From Epiperipatus broadwayi (taxonomy: Eukaryota > Animalia > Onychophora), in the NCBI GenBank assembly GCA_028023455.1, contig JAQFVV010000001.1, positions 23,126,001 to 23,190,000 of the forward strand: a DNA stretch of 64,000 nt, given 5' to 3'. The position numbers and the translations under genes were made by a program. Positions 36,750 to 49,399 of the stretch are shown here, one piece after another (the first letter of the stretch is position 1; each line of letters starts with the position of its first letter). Below the pieces are notes generated by a model. It saw nothing but the letters and a program-made list of their open reading frames with translations, ran no database searches and was not told the origin of the DNA.

Positions 36750-39700
36750 ATAAGATGCATTTTACTTAGTCCTATTGTTTATGGATTTTAATTAGTTTCC
36801 CATTCCTGTGCAGCTTATCTATTAAGCAATCTTTGAGTTTTAAAAATTTAATTATGAGCTTTCCTTTATTTTAATATTTAATTTCCATATTTTTTTATTT
36901 TCTTACAAGCACATATTTTATTATTTCTTTATGTATTTAAAATCAACATTATTTATACCCACATATATTTATTTTATTTTAAATAAATGGAAAGAGAGAT
37001 TTTTAGTTTTTAAGATTTTTTTTTTTACTAGTTTAATTTTTCTAAGTTACATTCCCTCTCAGGCTAATTGCATTCTCTTTCAATAAACTTTTTAGCTTTC
37101 TAAACATTTTTTTTTTATTCGAAAGTTTAATTTTTGCTAAGTTAAAATTTCTCCCCTCTCTAATTACTCTTTAAACTTTCTGAATTATATTTATCTTTCT
37201 TAAACTTTTATAATTAATGTTTTCGAAGGACTTTTTTTTTATTACTTTAATCATTTCTTGATAAAACAATCTGCAGTGATTTTATTATTCATTAATTAAT
37301 TTTAAAACTTTTGCGTAATCTATGAAGATTTTTATTTTAATAATTTTGAGACAAAATTATTTACTGCATTTTTCACTCATTTATTAAGTTATATAGACTT
37401 GATATTGACATATACGTATTATTTTTCTATACATTCAAACATTTTTTTTTTTATCCATCACCATAATTTTAATTTTTATCTATATTTATTCTCAATTTGA
37501 AATTATAACATATTAAGAATTTTATTAATTTCTTCTTCTGAATTTGTGATTAAATCTGTCAAATGGCATAACAAATGACATGAGTATGCTTAACATTATT
37601 TTAATTTCTTTGTTTTTTTTTCTTTTCATGATCTCTCATATTTTCAATAAATAAATTGAGCAAATATCATAGTGGATAATTATCTCAAACTCTTCTTATA
37701 TTAATTTTATTCTTACAGTCCTTCATATCTTATTTTAACTTCTATATAAATTCAGAATCAACCTTCACTTGAAATAGCAATATCCAATCCACTTAAAAGC
37801 TTTCTCAAAGTCAGTAAAATTCACATAAGATTTCATATACATTTCTACTTTCTCTGCAAAATCATTCTAAATGTTTATTATTTCACCACTTCCTGTTCCA
37901 AGTATAAAATCATATTGATTATCATCCAACTATTTTTTTTTTATCTATCTTTGGTAACCTTTATAATTACTAGTAATTAGAAGGGATTTGAACTCAGACT
38001 TTCAATCTTCCTACAACTATTCACTCCATCTTATACAACCGATACGCATGACCACATAAGTATGAAAAAGATAAATGATCTCCAGTATACGTATTTCATG
38101 CTGAACCAACATTCATTGGTTCAGATCATCTTCCAAACATTTATATAATCATTGTTCAGTGTATATTAAGATAGAAAATCTTTAAACTTTATGGACAGGC
38201 TTCAATCTTCTCTGCCCTCCAACTTTTCAGCCATTCATATTATTGAAAATGTGATGATGGAATGATCAAAGCCCTTGTTATTGCCAATATTATTATCATA
38301 CCTATGTTGACTTTAAAATCATTCTGACCTCTTATGTATAGGACCTTAATATATCCATTTAAATACACAGAAGAGGGATGGGAAGAATCTTAGAGATATG
38401 AGATGTACTACGGTTCTATATCTCAAACAATCACTTGCATTTTGTGCAAGTTTTAATAGTGATAAAATCCAATGGAATTATTACATCAATTTTTTAAAAG
38501 TTCTATTGGAATATGATCTGTACCAGTAATCCTATTATTTTTTTATCTTAGTTAAAGCATAACAAATGTTTTCTTTTATTACTGGTCCTCTTTTATTTTC
38601 CTCAACCATATTTTTATCCTCTATATGATCTCTTAAGCAAAACTTCTTCATACAAATCTTACATATATATTTTTCTTTTATTAGTCACCTACCTGTATTT
38701 ATTCAACTATTACTAATTTTCTTCTTTTCTGAGCCAACATAATATCTGTTAATTAATGAATATACTCACAGAAAATGTAATTTTTTAATATTCAGCTTTT
38801 TTACTGCCTAGCATGCTTTCAATATATTTAATATATCATATTCATGGTGTTTACTGATATAATATCAGTGTTTGATTATTATCTAATAAGTTATTTAATG
38901 TATTCAAATTTTGATTTATTTATTCAAGTAGCACATTTTTTTGATATGGATACGCTTTTTTTCTGTTGTTAATAGAAAAATGGTCACTAGCTATTGCACA
39001 TGACTTTTTGACCTTCTGATTTTTGTTTTTTCTCTCTTTGTGTGTACACTATTTCTGCTTTTGTTAGATTTGAGTTAACAAAAGCAGAAATAGTCTACAC
39101 AGAGGGAGAAAGAGGGAGGACAGAAAGCAGAAGGTCAAAGAAACATATGGAACAGCTAGTGATTTTTTTTTTTTATCCGAAAAGAAGCAAGAATACCCAT
39201 ATCAAAGAAATGGGCTATTTGAATAAATCTAAATTTGAATACATTGAATAGCTTATTAGATAATTATTCACTGATATAAAGAACTTGTAATCACACCACT
39301 ATATGCCATGAATATAATATATTAAATATATTGAAAGTATGCTAGGCAGTAATAAAGCTGAATATTAAAAAAACTACATTTTCTGTGAGTATATTCATTC
39401 ATTATCAGACTAATATTTTTCCTTCTTTAATCTTGGCAATATTACTAAATTTTCTCTCTTTGTAATTTAACATTTTAAACCTTTGATATAATTTTTCTAT
39501 TTGACATCTGCTTAAGTTCTTCTCAGTTTCATTACGAATCATGTCTATCTTTTATTATTTCTCTGCCTGTGTGATTTAGTAGAGTATTGGAGTGATGAAC
39601 TCTGGAGCCATGAATTGCAACTCAACTCTGGCACTGGCACTGGTTGAATTTAATTATGAACTCCTAAGCAATTAATCATTTGATTGTTTTTATTCTTTCT

Positions 39701-40600
39701 TTATTCTACATTTTATTTGAATTAACTTTTCTTTTCTACTTTGTACTGGTCAAAATTTTTATTGCTAATTCTATTTCTTATTTCATTCCAATTCAATATT
39801 CTTGAATCATTAAAGACTTCTATTCATTTTCCTCTACATCTTTGTAACTGCTATTATTATACTCTTTTTTATCATGCTTTTTTGTGTTACCATTGTCATC
39901 CACATTGCCACTAGCACTATTTTGATTGATTTCTATATCAATACTTGGCTAATATCTTCAGCTGCTTTAAGTCTCTCACTTTTTTGATTTTTCTTTTCCA
40001 AAGCAAATCAATCAACATATATTAAAATTTAATGTATATGTATTGATGTATATTAAAATTACTAATGTTTGTATTATTTAAAGATCTAACAATTCATCCA
40101 ATTTCTCAAATAGTTTACCAATTTCTTGATCTTAACTAACTAGAACTAGATCTGCTCCATCATAGATCATTTTTCATTTGCATGAAATGCTTTATCTTAT
40201 TATGTCCATTTATATTTTAAAATAAGATCAACGCTCTTTCTTCCAAATTTTATCATCTTCATTATAAATTATTCTAATAGCCTCTGATCTGGAACAATCA
40301 TTTTCTGCTATTTAGTCTCACCATTAAAAACATTGACCCCATATTTTATTATTGATTTTTTTACTTCTTATGGTTTATTGGATTTTAGCAATATTTTCAC
40401 TTTCCTTTTGAAGATATTTCCTCATCTTTGTCTTGCCATATCTTGTTTTGCAAATACTATGATCAAGAATTTTAGTATTAAATCTAATAGTTCTTTAGTG
40501 GCTACAAAATTATTATATATATATTAGACTCTTTAATGTAGTGTTTTTCATTGCCTTCTGCATCCACATACTGTTTGACTATAAGTTAATTCATCTTCAA
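36750..40600 (-). mobile_element. Highly degraded RTE-like LINE (interrupted by the foldback at 38745-39409)
   Basis: FTDFEKAF at 37795-37812, QYDFILGTGSGE (~37900), TNSEEE (~37520) and an SDH-like remnant near 40470; boundaries are approximate. Confidence 0.5.
38745..39409. repeat. 665-bp foldback (long inverted repeat with 9-nt loop)
   Basis: Arms of ~320 bp, roughly 80-85% complementary by eye, closed by TTTTGTTA-gatttgagt-TAACAAAA (loop 39067-39075). Confidence 0.92.
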
Positions 40601-42059
40601 AAAATATTTTTATTTCTAAAGGGTGGAAGGATGCTCCAATTCTCTATCAACTTGTCTGCCTTTCTGCGATTGCCAGAGTTTCTTCAGTAAAGTGGGGGGG
40701 GGGTTTGCATGAATGGCAGGTAAATAGGAGACAGCTTGAGTAACATCTTATTCTCTTATTTCAATACTAATTGTAAAAGTCATTTAAATATTAAATCATA
40801 GAAATTATATTTCTAATATGGGAGTAATATTAAGCTATTTAGAGCATTATCCATTATCCTGGATAGTGACTTCAATTGGTTTCCCAAAATAAACCAAAAT
40901 CTTGCATAAAAAAATAAGCAATTATAATGAGTTTTTATGAGGAAAAAATTAATTCCTTATCTTAAATTCAAAATATGTAAAAATTAATGTTTAAATTTTA
41001 AAAAATGTTAGTTAATGAACAAATAATTTGTGGGTAAATGCACTGTGTAAAAAAAAATTCAGTAGCTTTAATTTTTTTTTTTTAAATTATAATTTTTTCA
41101 TCGATAGTCCACCATTTTGCTTCTTATATAGCCAAATATTTTGTGAATCACAATTTGTTAAAATAAACCATGTAAAAAATATGATAACTAACTACAATTT
41201 ACATCTTAAAACTTATTTTTTATGCACGTTATGTTTTATTGTCAAAATTTTATTATTTTTGTAATATCTAACTAATAAAACTGAATTTTTTTGTAGTGCT
41301 GTTATTTATTTATTTTTTTCAAGCAGCATTTCATGATTTGTTTATATCACATAAATGCAATCAAAATTAAATAAAGAAATGTGATGTATAGTTTGCCGAT
41401 ATTGTATTTTTTGGGGTTTATGATAAAAATACTTATTTTGAATATGTCAGAAACAAATTATGAGATTATTGATTTAAAATTGAGCAGATAAATATTTTAA
41501 ACTTGTTTAGTAGTTTTTGATCATATAAAGTTGATTATTAACTGCATAACGCAGAAACAATTATTTTTTCAAAATAACTTAGAAATACATTGATCATATT
41601 TTTGCCACAAACAAAATAAGTTTGTAAGAATTTTAATCTATAAAACTGATTGGATTAATATATTTTCGCTAATAATACTTGGTTGTTGTGCATGATCAAA
41701 ATAAGTTTTTGATTACTTACTATATTGAATGAAATTGGAATTTTTTTTTCATTTACAGTTGTTAATAATTGAAGTCTTCTTTACTTTGGATATGTATAAA
41801 TGAAAGCATTGATTATCTTATAATTACACTTGATGAAAAATCGATAAAATACATTAATAATATTTTAAATGTATAATCAAAACATAATATATATTGTATA
41901 ATGAATAAACTCTTTACAATGCTGTATATTTTTTAGCATTAATGTCATCATTTTATTTATGGATAATTAATTTTTTTATTTAAGTTATAATATCTGTTTG
42001 ATTGTAAACTCTAGTAATCACTTATTATTTAAGTTAGAATATAATTTTAAAATTGAGGT

Positions 42060-42470
42060 TTAATAAATTTATATTCAATATAATTTGTTGAAATTTAGTA
42101 CATATCTTTAAAATCACTATCAAAATGATAGGGCACTATAATTTTTTAGGTAGGTGACCTAGTTTCTTAGATCTGGATCAATGGGCAGGAAATTTTGAAT
42201 ATTTTGATATTAAACGTAAAATTCATTTTTGGAACTTCAGTATGTAAGGCTGCGAGAAGGAGGTCTAGAGATTTTTTGCTTTCAATTAAAGCTTGAGTTA
42301 AGATATAATAACATATTGAAATCGAGATTTAATAGATTTAAATTTAATATAATTTGTTGAAATTTGGTGCAATTTTTCTAAATCTTTACTATTATAATAT
42401 TTTAAGTAGGTGACTTAGTTGTTTAGATATGGAACACTGGGTGGGAAAATTTGAATATTTTTTTGTAGAA
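42060..42470. repeat. Degenerate tandem duplication, ~275-bp period
   Basis: aatataatttgttgaaattt...gtaggtgac.tagtt..ttagat...tttgaatatttt occurs twice. Confidence 0.7.
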
Positions 42471-42499
42471 CTTTTAATATACTTTAATTAATGTGAGCA

Positions 42500-42955
42500 A
42501 TTTAAGTTAGAATAAAATAAAGTTAGTTTACAAATAGTTTTGATAAGCATTTTTTTGTTCAAATAAAAAGAAACAATGTCACTTTTCAACAGAAAGGATG
42601 TTTTACTATTTTAAGTTACTTAATGCTTTATTATGCATGTATATAATTATGTACACATACTAAATATGATATATACATATGGTGTAGAATTATTAACTTA
42701 TTGCAGAAATATCTAGTGATATATATATAAAAGTGTCAAATTAATTTAAAATAAAATCATTTTGGTAAGCATTTTTTTTTTAAAAAAAAATTCAATCAAA
42801 AGCAAAAAATGTTAAATACTTTTCACTTAAAAAGATATTTTCATATTTTATGTCACTTAATGATTATGTACATGTAGTAATTATGTACACATACTAAATG
42901 TGGTACATGCATATTAACTTATAGCAGAAATATTTAGTGATATATATATAAACTA
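42500..42955. repeat. Degenerate tandem duplication, ~230-bp period
   Basis: taagcatttttt...aattatgtacacatactaaat...gcagaaatat.tagtgatatatatataaa occurs twice. Confidence 0.7.
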
Positions 42956-43057
42956 TAACTGGCGAGTCCATTTAAAGTACAATATTGTATTAATTTTTTA
43001 TTTACTATCCTAATACTAAAATGTTATAAGTAAATAGAGATATAAAAAAAATGTACT

Positions 43058-43322
43058 AAATGCTTTTATTTACCATGCACTAAAAAGCAAAAAAATTATT
43101 GCTTCTTCTATCACAGTTTGGATTTTTAGATTTAACTTGAAATAAAAGCATTGGGAGTCCAGAAATTAATTAAGCCAATCCCTTGTTATGAAAAATAGGA
43201 ATTGACTTAATTAATTTCTGGATCGGGGGCCTTTTATTTCAAGTTAAATCTAAAAATCCCAATTGTGGTTGAAGAAACAATTATTTTTTTTGCTTTTTAG
43301 TGCACTGCAAGTAAAAGCATTT
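43058..43322. repeat. 265-bp foldback hairpin / long-TIR MITE
   Basis: Arms of ~120 bp (e.g. GGATTTTTAGATTTAACTTGAAATAAAAG paired perfectly) around a ~17-nt loop. Confidence 0.9.
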
Positions 43323-43694
43323 ACTATTTTTAAAAATGTATCTATTTATATAGTTCTAATAAAGTCAATATCCTAAGATGTCACCAATCTCACAAAATAT
43401 TTATAAATCATAATAATTAGATACAAATTGATGATGGTTGCTATGATGAGCCCTCACATAAACATACATCTCTAACCAGATAACAGTGTATTGATATAAC
43501 TAAAAGTTGATTTTTTTATTAATTTTTAACAATATCAAATATTTTGCATATATTTCACATTTGTAATAGATATATTATTTCATCTGTGTCCTTTTATACA
43601 TTTCTTATTCAATAATCATTTACTGTATTATATAGGTGGCATTTACTTTTAATTAAGTTAGGTGATACTTAAATACATTTTAATTTATTTTTAG

Positions 43695-43850
43695 GATCCT
43701 GAAATAGCTGCAGCTTTTTCAGATATTCAATCCAATCCTGCAAATTTTGCCAAATATCAAAGTAATCCCAAAATAATGAATTTGATGGCAAAAATGAGTT
43801 CAAAATTAGGTGGTGGTATGTTTGGAGGAATGCCTGGTAATATGCCTTAA
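43695..43850 (+). CDS. ST13: Hsc70-interacting protein (Hip/ST13), last coding exon (second half of STI1 domain)
   Basis: Acceptor atttatttttAG at 43694. Translates to [51 protein letters not shown], closely resembling vertebrate Hip [31 protein letters not shown]. Joins in frame to exon 8681-8809. Confidence 0.93.
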   Translation, partial: DPEIAAAFSDIQSNPANFAKYQSNPKIMNLMAKMSSKLGGGMFGGMPGNMP

Positions 43851-43871
43851 TCTTCTTAAGATTATGCACAA

Positions 43872-43877
43872 GTAAGT
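43872..43877 (+). promoter_or_regulatory. Candidate splice donor in the ST13 3' UTR
   Basis: Consensus donor caa|GTAAGT 21 nt after the TAA stop; the downstream acceptor is not established. Confidence 0.5.
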
Positions 43878-46678
43878 ATTATAAGTATATATCTAATTAT
43901 TAGTAAATTGTTTGATTGAAAGAATGTTCTAGGTTAATGTCAGCTAATGTGAAATGTTGCCTTCAAAACTATGATTCTGTTTGAGTATGACTGTCTTATT
44001 TTTTAATTTTGGAGCTTAAAATGTATATTTTTATAATATTTGTCGAGTTTTATAATAATTTTTGATGTGAATACCATAGTAATTTAAAAATCTGACTTAA
44101 TCATTTTAATAAACTTGCAAAAATATTCTTTCTTTTATTACTTGCTGATTTGTTAGACAAAAAATTGGGCATTTTTGTATAAGTCTGATATGTGAATTAT
44201 TATGGTATTCATATCAGATTTATTGTAGAGCTCCATAAATATTACTATATATTGCCAGCACTAAATGTTACAATCCATTGTTTAATTACAGGGTTATTAA
44301 AATTATTAGAGAATAAATTTTATAGTATTTCATATTTAACTTTATAGATAAATTTATTTATACTTTGGAAGTGCTGGTTATTTTTAATAATAATATAATT
44401 TTGCTTATAAAAATTGTCAGATATTAAAACAAAATCATAATTTTTACCTGACAAGGGGGGGGGTTAATATGTATTTCTTTAAATAATTTGTAGTGATTAA
44501 AATATTTCCACATGGAAATAATTATTGAAATTTTTGAGGAAGTAGCAGGTTTATGAAGTAGTACTTGTTTAACTTTTCAGTGATTAACCAGACCAAGAAT
44601 TTGGAAATTGAAGTTGTAATACAGGACATCTGCATGATGAAATTCTCTCTGAATTTAATTAAATTTTTTTGATTTATAATTTTTTTCATATACATTCCAA
44701 CAAACTTCCTTATCTCATTCATCTATTTTATTTGAGATCTTTATAATCTCTTGGAACCTAATTGAAGACTTCAGTTGTCCATTTATTGCCAACTTTTTTT
44801 ACCAACATGCTTAGTTCAGCTCAAGTGTATTCTTAATTTTTTCAAAGATAATCAATGATAATTGTTTTTTTATTTGCATATTTCACTTTCCATTTTTTCA
44901 TGTTAATTCTTACATAAAAAGTTATATTTTGCTGTGTAATCCCAAATCACTAATTTGCTCTTTTCTTAGCTGCTCAAGTCTCAGATTCATATATGAATTC
45001 TAATAAAATATATTTATTATAAACCTTTTCTTTCAAACACATTTTTATTATTTAATATTATTTCTTGCAAAAGCATTTCATCCTAGTTTAATTCTATGGT
45101 TAATTTTATCCATTATTTTTCTTTATATTACCCAGCTGATCATTTATTTTATTTAATATGGATTTTTTTTTTTGACAGTTTAACTTCTAACAAAACATAT
45201 CTGTAGAGACTTCATCCAGGAGATAGAAACTTCAGTGGGTTTATTAAGTCCTTTAATTGTCCACTATGACCATAGCTTTGACAATCTTTAATTACATTGT
45301 TTATAGTTTATGTTTGCTTTCTTTTACATAAATCCTTGTCTAATAAATTGTATTTGTGATGCAGATGAGCTCATTTACCATGAGTTGTCCTGAATTTGTT
45401 AATGACACTCAGTTGTGATTAAAAAGATCAAATCCTACTGGCTTTATTATTGGATATATAAAAAAAATTTGGAATATCATAAGAAATCCATTTTATAATT
45501 CTTTGATTTTAAATTTTTGATGTAACAGCCACAAGGGAGATCTTGATTTGAGACAAGTTTTAGATGGTGAAATTACATCTCAAGTTATTGACAAGTCCAA
45601 TCTGTTTAACAGTTTTTTTGTACATTTTCTGTGAAGTAACTTTTCTATGTTATTCACAGATATGTGAAAGAACAGGAAGCTAGTGTTGTGAAGTAGACTT
45701 AATTGTACCAGTAATATTTCTTGTGAAAATATTTGAGTACGTAGAATATAGCTGGGAATTTTGAAGGGTACTATTCACCAACAGAATATGCTAATGCTTT
45801 ATCTTAATCTATTGCTATTAATTTTTATTAAATAAAAAAGGATACTTTTTTCCCCATTTTATAATCAGAATAGGAATTTTATATTATTATAAATTTGTGA
45901 ATAGTTCATATTTTTGTTTGTTATAAACTAGTTTTTTAAATTAAAAATGTGTTTGAGTGAATGATGCAATACAAAATGATTTCTCCCTAAATAAAACTAA
46001 AAGTTTCTTTGCATAAGTCTCAAAATCTTCTTAGCCATGGTATATATATATATTAAGAGTAATGATATCTTCTTGTAGCCTTTTTTAAAATTAAATAATA
46101 TGTCTCTGAATTACTTTTATTACTTTTGTAACACATTAACTTGGATAGAATTGTAAATAGATTAATTTGTTTTAGCAGTGTTGGCATTGATTGAATTACT
46201 GTTTTGTGTTGCTAGCTTATGTTTTGAGAAAAGATAGATCTTACTGTAATCTAGTGCCTTGAAAAGTAAGCTTAGTCAAGTGATAGTTTGAGATTTATAT
46301 CCACTACAAAGTATTTGATTTGAAGTCTAAAGTGTTTGTGGAATTCAGCTGTTAAAACAGAAATTATTTTTTATTTTTTCAGTTATACAGTGGTATAATT
46401 TTATTTTCTTGAATTGTTGTGTTTACAATTTTTGATCTTCTGAATTTTTAAGCACTATATATTGAAGCGGTCAATCTGGTATTCAGATTGAGCTTTACAG
46501 CCCACTCAGAATCTCCCACCACCAAACCATATTCAAATCATCTTTATGCATATATATATGCATTTATTAATACATTTTTATACGTAGATATGTATAAATA
46601 TCTTAATCTAAATACTTTCAATAAATAAATATTTTATTTTAATTCGTATATTTGCATAATGGATACATAGATATCATA

Positions 46679-47762
46679 GGTGAGGGGAGATTATTTGTAA
46701 AATGTTTATATCAAAATATTTTATATTAATTTGTATTTTAAATTTATGTTAAATTTTATTACACCTGGGTCTCGTTTTACACGATAGATAGGTTCCTCAG
46801 AAAACACGCGCAAACAAAATCGCGCAAAAATGACGTAACTTACATTGAAAAAGGGGGGATGCGGTCTGTGATTGTTCAAAATTCGCGTAAAAGCAAAGCA
46901 CCAACATAAAATTACTTTAAAATTCACACAAAAAAAAAAATAAGGAAATAAAATATGACTAATAAAAAATTTCAAATTTGAAAAAAATTGATACAAGACA
47001 AACTTTTTTTAACTATAATATTTAATTTTATTCAAAATAATATATTTTTATGGATAATTTACAGTACAGTAATTTACATTTTTTTATACACGTTTTAATT
47101 ATTATGATTTTCTGGAGACAACGTAATCAGTAATTAATCTTTGAGACAATGATTTTATTAATTGTTTACGAAGCTCGCGATATCCAGACATACAACCATT
47201 TAGCTCTCGGAATTTAAGAACATGTTAATGATTAGTGTCATTAATAAGAAAATAATAATTGATTACGTTCTTTTTTAAAAAGCAAAAACAGAATGTGATT
47301 TAAAATGCAAAATTAACACGCACAATGTTTGAACAAATATACATTATAATCTTGTAAAATTTAATATGCGTATACATAAAATGTGGAAATCATGATTTTA
47401 ATTTCATTATTGCATAAAATCTTACTATTATAAAGCACTGAAAATATTGAAATTACTATGATGAAAGTTGAATTCCAATAATGTGCTATTACTTTCAATA
47501 TAACGTAAGTGCGTGAAATTTATTATTTAAAGTAATAGCGCATTATTGGAAATCGACTTCTGGTGAAACACGAATTGCGTAACTTCAAAATCGTGTTAAA
47601 TAAGTCCGCGTAAAAAGAGACCCAGGTGTATTTATTTTAATAATGGCGGTCAGAAAAGCTGGTGAGGGGAGATTATTTGTAAAATATTTATATTAAAATA
47701 TTTTATATTAATTTGTATTTTAAATTTTATTATTTATTTTAGTAATGGAGGTCAGAAAAGCT
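46679..47762. repeat. ~110-bp tandem duplication whose first unit hosts MITE copy 1
   Basis: ggtgaggggagattatttgtaaaat...gtcagaaaagct occurs twice; the second unit is MITE-free. Confidence 0.85.
46762..47628 (+). mobile_element. Tc1/mariner-type MITE, copy 1 (867 bp)
   Basis: TIRs CACCTGGGTCTCGTTTTACACG / CGCGTAAAAAGAGACCCAGGTG with TA TSD; no coding capacity. Confidence 0.9.
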
Positions 47763-49399
47763 AATGCAATCTGCCGAATATTCTCGAATGCAATTAAGTC
47801 AATTAACCAGAATCCATTAGTCCAAATTAAAATTTTATTTTTTTATAAAAGTAATGTAAGATCCATTAGTGGAAATTTTATCCATTTCAAATTTGTTTTA
47901 AAATCTAAGATTATATTTTAAAACAATCATTCGAGAAATTCTTGGAAGCAGGATTGCATTGTCTTAAAACTTGCCAGAACAAAGGTGTGCATCTGTCTGC
48001 AAATTGCAGATCTCCAAAGTAGATAAATTGCCTTAAGTCAAGTAATTAAAAACATTCCAGAACAACTTAAAAAATGATATAAATAGTGCTGGATTTGAAC
48101 TCCCAGGGAGAACAAGTGATTTAATAAGAGCAATGATAAACCGAATCCACGCTCATTTTGTCTCTGATTCTATGTACCACGAATGGATAAAACCTCACCT
48201 TTTCTCACCTTTCCAACATGCCATCTTGCCCAATGACATTGCCCAGGATCCAAACACCCATGAACTATTGCTATGTACTTATATGCTAAATAAAGAAAGT
48301 GCTACCTGCCTGACCAAATATAATAAAAACTAGATCTAGCCTCCGATGGGTTGTTCAAATCAACCAAGAACCACTGCTATTAATGAACAAGGTAACATTC
48401 ATGTTGCTGCTATAATTAGTAAACTTACATGAACAATCGTAACTTTAAACTAAATTTCTTGTCTAACCATTCCTTTAAATGTAGTGTAATCTTTTAGCTG
48501 ATTTTGAGATCAGCAATACCTTATCAAATAATATAACTTTTTAAGCTCTTACCTGATCTGTTAAAATATGTTCAACCCTCTATAAACTCTCTTAATATTT
48601 CTCCTATCATTGAGCCTCTAGTAAATAATTCTATTTTCTTATTTTGTTTTCATGCAGCCACAATATTTCATATTTTGATTATTATATTTTATATTTTAAA
48701 TAATATGCCAATAACTTCCTAAATTTGCAAGAATGTTCGCTCTTTTTTTAAATCCCCCCTTTCTTTTCATGGGGAAGTCAGTTTAATTTCTTTTAATTAA
48801 AACAAGTTTGTTATTCTAATTACAGCGTATGCTTGCAAATTTGGGAAAACAATTTAATGATATGATAGTGTTATTATCGAAAAACAGAGTAGAAATCTGT
48901 CTTTCTAAGAAATTTTTTTTTTTTTTTTATGTAAATCATAGCGCTAATTTTAAAATTTCAAATTATTTATGTGAAATTAAGTCAATATTTTATTCCAAGA
49001 AATCAATAACCACCACCTAACTCCTATATATTATAACGATCCGGAGAAAGAGAGCTTAACGTCATCTGCACTACAGGGCGCCATCTATGCATTTGAACCT
49101 AGAAAAATTTATAAAGTAGGCAGATACGTAAGTCAAAGAAAAAAAAATTATTTTATTTTATTTATATATTTTGATATCCGGTCGTTAGCCCATGTCACTA
49201 GCTCAGGGAATAGCAGAGATTTAATAATATAATATCTTATCTAATTATATTTCAATATTAAAAAATAAATAAAATACGCCACTGCCAGTAATTAACATCC
49301 AAAAATTTATTTACGCATATATATATATATAAGATTTAACATTATTATTTTAATATGTTTACTTTAACATTTAACATTATTTTTACTTTTATTTTAGAT

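Larger units (their letters stand above)
8810..43694 (+). other. ST13: 34,885-bp GT-AG intron of ST13
   Basis: Phase-0 GT...AG ends join AFQ|DPE into a continuous STI1 domain; I found no other Hip-like coding segment in between. Confidence 0.85.

Noticed and set aside
38250-38330. Second C/D box snoRNA candidate (GTGATGA...CTGA)
   Set aside because: No flanking stem, no identifiable rRNA complementarity, and it lies in TE debris.
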